The notes below the pieces were generated by a model. That model searched no databases. It was given only the letters and a program-made list of their open reading frames with translations, and had not been told where the DNA came from. From positions 1-11,716 of the forward strand of contig JBEKIW010000008.1 of the NCBI GenBank assembly GCA_050011565.1: a stretch of DNA of 11,716 nucleotides. Reading direction: 5' to 3'. The position numbers and the translations under genes were made by a program. Shown here piece after piece: positions 1-6,711 of this stretch; position 1 is the stretch's first letter; every line of letters starts with the position of its first letter. This DNA is from Dehalococcoidia bacterium. Its GTDB lineage: Bacteria; Chloroflexota; Dehalococcoidia; GIF9; UBA5629.

Positions 1-356
1 AACACGTACTCTTGCGAATCTGGCCAGTTGAAATAGGTGTTGAAGGCATCTGGCTTGCCGTCGGTTCTAAAGACGCGGTTGTAGCCACTCGTCAGGACCA
101 GCAGGGTCTTTTTATCCGGACTCACCAGGGTAGTAGCCGCCTGCCCGGCCAGCCAGTTTGGATTGTCGGCCAGACCGGGATTCAACGGTTCAAATGTGGA
201 ACCCTGGGGTGCCAGCGGCGAAATCTGTTGGCCCATATTGGGTAGGAACTGGATGCCCTTCGGGGTTGGTTGGGGCACTGGAACGCACGAACTCAGGACA
301 GTGGCGGCAATAACCAGCACAGCCACCCACAAATAAGCCATACGACGGATTTTCAT
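1..356 (-). CDS. 5' part of an exported lipoprotein, probably YncE-like beta-propeller / alkaline-phosphatase (phosphoesterase) family; runs off the window edge and is absent from the ORF track
   Basis: ATG at 356 with AGGAGGGG SD at 363-370. Frame is open to the window edge: MKIRRMAYLWVAVLVIAATVLSSC|VPVPQPTPKGIQFLPNMGQQISPLAPQGSTFEPLNPGLADNPNWLAGQAATTLVSPDKKTLLVLTSGYNR...SQEYV. Basic N-region, hydrophobic core and LSSC lipobox. SPDxKTLLVLTSGYN looks like a propeller blade; family assignment is from recall. Confidence 0.75.
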   Translation of the reverse strand, partial: MKIRRMAYLWVAVLVIAATVLSSCVPVPQPTPKGIQFLPNMGQQISPLAPQGSTFEPLNPGLADNPNWLAGQAATTLVSPDKKTLLVLTSGYNRVFRTDGKPDAFNTYFNWPDSQEYV

Positions 357-603
357 TTCTTTCCCCTCCTTGGTGTTTAGTCACAAAAGATCACTTACAT
401 TAACCACTTTTGTGAAGGTATGTTGTTTGGTTAAACCGGGGCTATAGTGCTGTCAATGATTACCTGAAATATGTCTTGCCGATTTTTCAGGTATTCCTCC
501 CTAGATATTGTTTTTATGTTATAACGCTTCTGCATTATTCCACTTATTACCTTTGGTTTTTCCTGTCACCTTTCCTGTATAAAAGTGCCGTAAAATACAA
601 AGA

Positions 604-663
604 CCCATTTCAAATCGCAACTAAGCGATTATCAACCATTATCCTTCCCTTGTCATGATCATA
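604..663 (-). repeat. Copy 1 of a conserved promoter-proximal element (candidate leader RNA or operator)
   Basis: 604-639 matches 1889-1924 at 30/36 positions ungapped; contains inverted repeat AATCGC-N6-GCGATT. Confidence 0.8.
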
Positions 664-686
664 TTTCCTTTCTACGTGGTTGTTAA
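658..686 (-). promoter_or_regulatory. Sigma70-type promoter for the lipoprotein gene ending at the left edge
   Basis: Minus strand TTAACA (686-681) - 17 nt - TATGAT (663-658). The -10 aligns with the TATAAT of repeat copy 2. Confidence 0.55.
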
Positions 687-790
687 TGCCACTATATCTC
701 ATACAGCAGAGATGGATATTCGACAGTCCCCTATAACAATCAACTAACTGTACCAAAATAACTATCAAACTCATTTTAATTTGAAAACGT

Positions 791-1822
791 CTACTGTTTG
801 CCTAAGAACTTATTAACTCTGTTTTGAGCATTCGCGCGAAGATTGTAGTAGTAAAAAGGAATATCAAAGCTATGGTAAACCCCACTAGGGAATGCTCCTG
901 GATTTTTAGTTGATGGTCCCGGAGACCAGAGACTTGCATCAGCAGTACTGCAAATCAAAACACCGTTAGTTTTATCGATCCTGGCATCAGCGTACTGCGG
1001 CTCTTGCTGCCAGGATACAAAATTCGGCGGAATTGGCATGAATGATCCCTGGCCTTCGCCAGTGGTTGCTAATGTTTCGTCTGTCTTCCAATTGATCGGA
1101 TTTATGACACGACCAACCATGCCATATAAGACTGGATTGATTCCACCTATCACAGGAGCTTGAGTGTTATATGAAATTATCACTCCAGTGTCATCAGGAC
1201 CTGTGGCAAATTTCAGGTGCTTATTATTATCAAGGTATGCCTGAGTTACTGGATGGCCGATAACGTATGCAGCAACCATATTTTTATTTACCTCCGGGTG
1301 ATCTTTCATGTATCCGGACAACAGGTTGCTTATTACAGTTGCGCCTTGCGAATGTCCGACTAAAATAAACGGACGGCCGTTGTTGTAGTGCTTGATATAG
1401 TAGTCGAAGGCCGCAACTGCATCCAATGTCGGTATGCCTGCTATAACGTTTAATCGATCGGTTGACGACAAGTTATCTTGTCTATAGTATGGCGCGTAAA
1501 TATTACCTACGGTTTCAAAAGCAGTAGCTTGTCGTGCAAATGCTGCGGGTGCCTGTGTTAACATGGTTGGTTCGTCGATAGCACAAATCTGTGGATTATT
1601 AGGATCAGTACTCGTCCAGGCTGTTGGGTAAAGGTAAAATACATCTACTGCTTTGACTGTAGCAGGTAAAGACAACCAATGCGCAGTTTGTGAGTAATCA
1701 GTAGCTGGTTCCTTACAGCTTGCCGAAAGCAGTCCTGCCGCGACTGCGCCCAGCGCCAACACGACGATCCCCGCTGTTTTGATGAAACCGCGACGCGTAA
1801 AGCCCCAATTAGTATCAGACAT
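791..1822 (-). CDS. DUF3089-family alpha/beta hydrolase (putative esterase) with Tat-lipoprotein signal
   Basis: 343 aa; AAGGAG SD; TRRGFIK twin-arginine motif and LSASC lipobox; VDVFYLYPT, IYAPYYRQ, RPFILVGHSQG nucleophile elbow, INPINW, YHSFDIPFYYYNLRANAQNR motifs. Confidence 0.88.
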   Translation of the reverse strand: MSDTNWGFTRRGFIKTAGIVVLALGAVAAGLLSASCKEPATDYSQTAHWLSLPATVKAVDVFYLYPTAWTSTDPNNPQICAIDEPTMLTQAPAAFARQATAFETVGNIYAPYYRQDNLSSTDRLNVIAGIPTLDAVAAFDYYIKHYNNGRPFILVGHSQGATVISNLLSGYMKDHPEVNKNMVAAYVIGHPVTQAYLDNNKHLKFATGPDDTGVIISYNTQAPVIGGINPVLYGMVGRVINPINWKTDETLATTGEGQGSFMPIPPNFVSWQQEPQYADARIDKTNGVLICSTADASLWSPGPSTKNPGAFPSGVYHSFDIPFYYYNLRANAQNRVNKFLGKQ

Positions 1823-1888
1823 ACTTGTCCTCTCCTTTTAGCAGGTTCAAATTTTCTTTACTTCAGTTTTACTCATTAACCGGGATTT

Positions 1889-1947
1889 CCCATATCAATC
1901 CGCAACCAAGCGATTATCATCCGTCATTGCCCGGGGTCATTATTATA
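1889..1947 (-). repeat. Copy 2 of the conserved promoter-proximal element
   Basis: Matches 604-663; lies 67 nt upstream of the DUF3089 start codon. Confidence 0.8.
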
Positions 1948-1950
1948 GCA
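1942..1950 (-). promoter_or_regulatory. Extended -10 promoter for the DUF3089 gene
   Basis: Minus strand TG-C-TATAAT with AT-rich upstream DNA. Confidence 0.6.
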
Positions 1951-2051
1951 GATAATTTTAAAGAAAAATGTTAAACTGAGTGAGAAACTAAGAATAATTG
2001 AACAGTTGCCTGTAATGTGCAATTTGGTTTTACCCCTTTGTCGCTGATTTG

Positions 2052-2163
2052 TATAAACACATTAGGGCAAAGTGTTTATAGCTGCTAGACAAGATAAAAG
2101 CCATGCCCTACGAAACAGCCGTGCCCTCAAAGGACAAACACTTTCCCAGAAATGTTAGTCCTT
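2052..2163. repeat. Composite palindrome / direct-repeat site (candidate recombinase binding or recombination site)
   Basis: TATAAACAC-N11-GTGTTTATA (2052-2080); direct repeats AAAAGCCATGCCCT (2096-2109) and AACAGCCGTGCCCT (2114-2127); AAGGACAAACA-N12-TGTTAGTCCTT (2130-2163, one mismatch). Confidence 0.65.
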
Positions 2164-2298
2164 CACCCCCACCCCCTCTCGATGCCGCACTTCTCCTTCA
2201 TTGGAGTATAGCTAGTGGAACTGGCGTGTCCGGAGGTTGACCATAGCTGTGCGCAGGTCGGGCCAAACATGCCGATGGAATGTGTCCTCTCAGGGTAG

Positions 2299-2982
2299 TC
2301 ACGAAGGTTTTGCCCATAGATTCTCATACCATCGGCGATGTTCTTCACCCGCAACCTTCCGATATCTCGCTGTGGTATTGAAACTGGCGTGGCCCAGGTG
2401 CTCCTGAAGCAGGCGCAGTGCGTCGCCGGAGTCGTCGAGCTTCATTGCGTGAACGCTGAAGGCATCCCTTAGGCGGTGAGGGCTAATGCCCCTCACCCTT
2501 CCTGTTTCAGGATTCACCAAATCCGGAAGCCCTGCTTTACTAGCACAGTCCCTGACTATCTGCCAGGCTCGATGCCGGTTCAAACGGAAGATCATCTCCG
2601 AAGTACCACTGCTGGCTGGCCGATTACTAATGTAGTGCTTCAACATCAGCATGGTGCAATTGTCAACAGGTAACGTTCTCATGCGTCGTTTCTCTTGCTG
2701 ACGCTTAGTAGCCTCATTGACTTCCTCCCCGCAGCTAGGGCAGAATTGATGTCTCTTGGCTAGTCTCGCCTTGCACTTCGGACAGGACAGCCTGATGCGC
2801 GTCTTGAGATGCAGGATTGTCACAGTACCTTCCCCGAAATCAATGTCGCCTGCCTTAAGCGCCAATGCCTCTGAAACTCGACAACCCAAGCGAAACAGAA
2901 GCCTGATAAGCAACCTATCGCGCAGGTGGCTGGCAGCTCGCTCCAACAGTTCTACGTCAGTAAGGTCAAGATAAGTTTTCAT
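2299..2982 (-). CDS. Tyrosine recombinase/integrase, catalytic domain only, with inserted C4 zinc ribbon
   Basis: Catalytic residues R (LGCRVSE), K (HLK), HxxR (SPHRLRD), H (LGH), Y (TTARY); CPKC-x10-CPSC insertion. Preferred start MKTYLD at 2982 (227 aa); upstream in-frame ATGs at 3006 and 3051 are possible. Confidence 0.92.
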   Translation of the reverse strand: MKTYLDLTDVELLERAASHLRDRLLIRLLFRLGCRVSEALALKAGDIDFGEGTVTILHLKTRIRLSCPKCKARLAKRHQFCPSCGEEVNEATKRQQEKRRMRTLPVDNCTMLMLKHYISNRPASSGTSEMIFRLNRHRAWQIVRDCASKAGLPDLVNPETGRVRGISPHRLRDAFSVHAMKLDDSGDALRLLQEHLGHASFNTTARYRKVAGEEHRRWYENLWAKPS

Positions 2983-3114
2983 CTCCTGATTCCGTTGGCA
3001 AATCATCTCTCTTGTTTTCCTTGGTATGACTCGGCCCTCTGAAAGGAGCATCTATAACCTGTAGCCTGAATGGGATGACTGAATATGCCGTAAGCGACGG
3101 TAAAAATTGCTGTA

Positions 3115-4608
3115 GTGGTAGGTCTCGATGCTCAGTTGTTTGAGGTTGAAACGGATATTTCGATTCGTGTTTCAACATTGACCATCGTCGGCCTGCCCGA
3201 TACCGCAGTACAGGAAGCCAGAGAACGCGTCCGGGCGGCCATACGTAACTCCGGCTGCACTTTCCCCATGAGGCGTATAACGGTGAATCTTGCCCCTGCT
3301 GATTTAAAGAAAGCCGGTCCCGCCTACGACTTGCCCATCGCTGTCGGCATATTGCTCAGCTCCGACCAGATATCTGCCGATGTCTCCAAAACGCTTTTCC
3401 TGGGCGAGCTTTCCCTTGATGGCAGCGTGCGCCATACCCAGGGCATACTGCCCATGGTGGCTCTGGCTCAAGAAAAAGGTGTACCGGAAGTCTTCGTGCC
3501 GGCGGATGATGCCAACGAGGCTTCAATGTTAGACGGCATTAAGGTCATGCCATCCATCTCATTAGCCCAATTAGTCAGCCACCTTCGCGGAGAGCTATCG
3601 ATTCCTCAGTACCAGCCGGATAAAGACTGGAGACACGTTACCTCTGATTTCGCCCATAGCGACCTGGCCCATATAAAAGGCCAGGAGCATGCCAAACGTG
3701 CTCTGGAGGTAGCGGCGACCGGCGGCCACAATGTAATTATGTCCGGTCCGCCGGGCAGCGGCAAGACCATGCTGGCCCGCTCATTGCCCTCCATTATGCC
3801 CATGATGACCTTAGCCGAAGCCTTGGAAGTCACTAAAATCTACAGCGTCAGCGGTCTTCTCTCTCAGGACACGCCGCTTATAAACCAGCGTCCCTTCCGT
3901 TCGCCTCATTACACCATCTCCCACGCCGGACTGGTCGGCGGCGGACACTGGCCTCGACCCGGCGAAATAAGCCTGAGCCATCGCGGCGTGCTCTTCCTCG
4001 ACGAGTTCCCCGAGTTCAGCCACATGTCTCTGGAATCGCTGCGCCAGCCGGTTGAGGACAAGGTGATTACCATCAGCCGTGCCCAGGGCAGCGTCACCTT
4101 TCCCGCCAACTTCATGCTGGTAGCTGCCATGAACCCATGTCCCTGTGGCTATTTCGGTGACCCGGTAAAAGACTGTAAATGCTCCTCCGGCGAAATCTCG
4201 AGCTACCAGAAGCGGCTCAGCGGCCCGCTTCTCGACCGCATCGACATCTTCATCGAAGTTCCCCGTGTCGAATACGAAAAGCTCACCGATGATTCCGTAG
4301 GCGAAGGCTCGGATAAAGTTCGTAGCCGCGTTGAGACCGCCAGGCAGATTCAGCAAAAGCGCTTTCAAGGCACCAAGCTTACCTGCAATGCCGAGATGAC
4401 TCCCGTAGAGGTCAGGGAATTCTGCCGTGTCGAGCCGCCGGCTCAGAGCCTACTGCGGACAGCCATGAAACAGCTCCACCTTACCGCCCGTTCTTTCCAC
4501 TGCGTCCTCAAACTAGCCCGCACCATCGCTGACCTCGACGCCGCCGACATTATCAAAGCCAACCACCTCGCCGAAGCCCTCCAGTACCGCCAGCGAAGCA
4601 CAGGATAG
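3115..4608 (+). CDS. comM: YifB/ComM family Mg-chelatase-like AAA+ ATPase; 5' end apparently disrupted or replaced
   Basis: TIVGLPDTAVQEARERVRAAIRNSG, ITVNLAPADLKK, GPPGSGKT Walker A, RPFRSPHYT, LFLDEFPEF Walker B, AAMNPCPCG, SGPLLDRID, ARTIADL. GTG start lacks an evident SD; upstream in-frame ATG at 3085 is followed by TAA at 3091. Confidence 0.93.
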   Translation: MVGLDAQLFEVETDISIRVSTLTIVGLPDTAVQEARERVRAAIRNSGCTFPMRRITVNLAPADLKKAGPAYDLPIAVGILLSSDQISADVSKTLFLGELSLDGSVRHTQGILPMVALAQEKGVPEVFVPADDANEASMLDGIKVMPSISLAQLVSHLRGELSIPQYQPDKDWRHVTSDFAHSDLAHIKGQEHAKRALEVAATGGHNVIMSGPPGSGKTMLARSLPSIMPMMTLAEALEVTKIYSVSGLLSQDTPLINQRPFRSPHYTISHAGLVGGGHWPRPGEISLSHRGVLFLDEFPEFSHMSLESLRQPVEDKVITISRAQGSVTFPANFMLVAAMNPCPCGYFGDPVKDCKCSSGEISSYQKRLSGPLLDRIDIFIEVPRVEYEKLTDDSVGEGSDKVRSRVETARQIQQKRFQGTKLTCNAEMTPVEVREFCRVEPPAQSLLRTAMKQLHLTARSFHCVLKLARTIADLDAADIIKANHLAEALQYRQRSTG

Positions 4609-4666
4609 GTAACAATACAGGCTTTTGTTACATCATTGAGGCTTATCGGAATGGTGGCGTCCTCAA
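4609..4666. terminator. Weak hairpins between convergent comM and oxidoreductase genes
   Basis: GTAACAA-N9-TTGTTAC (4609-4631) and TTGAGG...CCTCAA (4636-4666); no clear U-tract. Confidence 0.25.
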
Positions 4667-4695
4667 CACGTGGGAATATGCGAGTAGGCGCCGGC

Positions 4696-6240
4696 TCAAC
4701 GGAAGACCGGCGGCAGTAGCTGCAGGTAATCCTTGCCGGTTATGGCGCTGGCACAGATAAACCCGGAGTGAGCAGCGCCCTCTATACCTCCTTCGTTAAG
4801 ATGCTTGCCGTATGTATCCCCGGCAAAATACAGCCCCTCAAGGGATGGGCACCTTACATCAACCCACTCATCTTCCGGATGCCGCCACAGTATGCAGGTA
4901 TCACCAACGGTAAACAACATAAACTCCAGCGATTTTCGCCAGCCTGGAAATGCCGTATCCGCAAACTTCAACATCCGGTCAATCACCATATCCACCTTCT
5001 TCTTATCGTGTGCCTCTTCAGCCAGGATGCTGCTGGCCATACCCGCCAGGTGCTTTCCTTCGGGGGCCGTTGTCGGTGCCATTGTGGACATGGACACTAT
5101 ATCAAGTGGAACATTGCCCCGGAACATCCCTTCGCTTTCGGGAATCAACATGGAGGTATGATAGAAAGACCTGGGGTCTACCTCGAGCTCACAGAAAGCA
5201 CTCAGCGGCTTTGTCATGCCGAACTGGCCGGCAACCATAGAAGTATGTATTATATTTTTAGTTAATTTAACAAAATCCACTGGCAGCAAATTTTCAGGCA
5301 GGATTTTTAGCAATACCTTCGGCGGGACAGTGCAGATTACCGCCGTGGATTTTATTTCCATCTCTTCACCATCAATTTCAGCTAACACGCCGGCCACTGT
5401 TCCATTCCGGATGATAACCTCTTTGACCATAGCATTGGTAACTATGTCGCCTCCTACGTCTATGACTGCGGCAGCAAAACCCTCGGTAATAAAGCGGTGC
5501 CCCGGTGCGCCGGCGAAACCCCAGGAACCATTGGTTATATGCACCCCGGTTTCCTGTACCTGTAAAAATACCTTGAGATTCTCTCCGGCAGCATTTAGTG
5601 CCGGGTCATTAATGATGGTCTGAAAAGTCCCCATGGAATAGTGGAATTCTTGCGCCAGCTCACTTTTAGTTATTCCTTCCACCCAATCTTTCAAGGTTAC
5701 ATGGTCGAGTTTTTCAGCCTCAGCTATGGTACGTACCTGGAACTTGTGCTTATGGACCTTAACCATTTCAGCATAATCTTCATTTGTCATCCAGCCGTAC
5801 TTCTCTCTCCTGCCCACGATATAAGGCTTCCAATCGTGGTCATACCACACAAAGCCGGAATTGGAGTAGAAAATCGAAGCCTTGTTAAACAGTGCCAGGG
5901 CATGGCTTACACGCCCCCGGTTAGTGTACCAGGCACCCCTGCCCCCAGCTTCCAGGATGTACCCATTGAGCAGCTTCTTCTTTATCAGTGTGGGTAAATC
6001 AGGCTCTGTCCTATCACTAGTCCATGAATGAGCCGACAATGCCAGTGTCTTACGGAACTCATCAGCATCCCTGATACCTTCTCCGCGGAATGATATGGCA
6101 CGCCCGCCAATCTGCGACGAAGACTCAAGAATGAGAACCTTCTTTCGTTCCATGTTGGATAATATTGCACCTACAAGCGACCCAGCTATCCCGCAGCCGA
6201 CTATTATGACGTCATAATCCTTTGATATTTTGGTAAACAT
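4696..6240 (-). CDS. FAD-dependent oxidoreductase, phytoene desaturase / amine oxidase-like family
   Basis: 514 aa; DVIIVGCGIAG dinucleotide motif, ILE...IGGRA, APEGKHL, C-terminal GLYFAGD...GGIEGAAHSG; GGAG SD. Confidence 0.88.
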   Translation of the reverse strand: MFTKISKDYDVIIVGCGIAGSLVGAILSNMERKKVLILESSSQIGGRAISFRGEGIRDADEFRKTLALSAHSWTSDRTEPDLPTLIKKKLLNGYILEAGGRGAWYTNRGRVSHALALFNKASIFYSNSGFVWYDHDWKPYIVGRREKYGWMTNEDYAEMVKVHKHKFQVRTIAEAEKLDHVTLKDWVEGITKSELAQEFHYSMGTFQTIINDPALNAAGENLKVFLQVQETGVHITNGSWGFAGAPGHRFITEGFAAAVIDVGGDIVTNAMVKEVIIRNGTVAGVLAEIDGEEMEIKSTAVICTVPPKVLLKILPENLLPVDFVKLTKNIIHTSMVAGQFGMTKPLSAFCELEVDPRSFYHTSMLIPESEGMFRGNVPLDIVSMSTMAPTTAPEGKHLAGMASSILAEEAHDKKKVDMVIDRMLKFADTAFPGWRKSLEFMLFTVGDTCILWRHPEDEWVDVRCPSLEGLYFAGDTYGKHLNEGGIEGAAHSGFICASAITGKDYLQLLPPVFR

Positions 6241-6406
6241 TTTTGTCTCCCATTTTAGGCAAATTTAGGACATACGACTCACCAAAGTTCTCCTTTGGGA
6301 AGATAGCTAAAACCCGTGTGAGAGCGCCGAATGATTTGATGAGGTGGTAATTCAGGACTTCGTTAGGTTGCAAATGTCGTGGAGCATTGAAGACGATACT
6401 CGCCAT
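6212..6406 (-). CDS. Possible 64-aa hypothetical protein or gene remnant overlapping the oxidoreductase start
   Basis: Very strong SD AGGAGGAGGT just before ATG 6406, downstream of a consensus promoter; no recognisable motif. Confidence 0.4.
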   Translation of the reverse strand: MASIVFNAPRHLQPNEVLNYHLIKSFGALTRVLAIFPKENFGESYVLNLPKMGDKNVYQNIKGL

Positions 6407-6447
6407 GACTACCTCCTCCTACAACTTGTTCAGTCTGTTCATTTGGG

Positions 6448-6476
6448 AATATACTACTAGGTAATGCCCTTGTCAA
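6448..6476 (-). promoter_or_regulatory. Sigma70-type promoter for the small ORF / oxidoreductase unit
   Basis: Minus strand TTGACA (6476-6471) - 17 nt - TATATT (6453-6448). Confidence 0.75.
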
Positions 6477-6711
6477 TACATTCACAGAGCAAAGCAAAGC
6501 TGACATTCTCCCATTGCACAAACTGCCCAAATGTGACATTGTTGATCTGCCCCCAATTATTGTACCACTCTATACGTTATAGCTGTCATATAAGCCTTTC
6601 TGACCACCGACCGCTGCTCGCATTTTCAGCTGGATTAATCACCTGAGTAATTCAGTGCTGCGAATCTGAAGCTCGGACGTAGGCGTGAACGGCGGTTAGG
6701 GCAAGCGTTGA

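Larger units (their letters stand above)
1..3190. mobile_element. Putative integrative element / genomic island end inserted in the 5' end of comM; other end outside the window
   Basis: Recombinase abuts comM; comM 5' end is degenerate; GC steps from 25/60 (3121-3180) to 41/60 (3181-3240); AT-richer cargo to the left. The boundary is approximate. Confidence 0.55.

Noticed and set aside
12-384. ORF-track entries 12..245 (+) and 190..384 (-)
   Set aside because: They overlap the better-supported minus-strand lipoprotein frame starting at 356.
476-658. 60-aa + strand ORF
   Set aside because: TTG start, no SD, composition typical of AT-rich non-coding DNA, and it overlaps the leader of the minus-strand gene.
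604-1947. Repeat pair as a CRISPR array or integron attC sites
   Set aside because: Only two copies 1.3 kb apart, no RYYYAAC/GTTRRRY ends, and the recombinase lacks the IntI-specific insertion near the HxxR region.
2163-2354. 63-aa ORF overlapping the recombinase 3' end, considered as an excisionase/RDF
   Set aside because: No HTH-like pattern, no SD and a 56-nt overlap; unsupported.
2966-3178. 70-aa minus-strand ORF spanning the recombinase-comM gap
   Set aside because: Antisense to the comM 5' remnant, TTG start, no motif.
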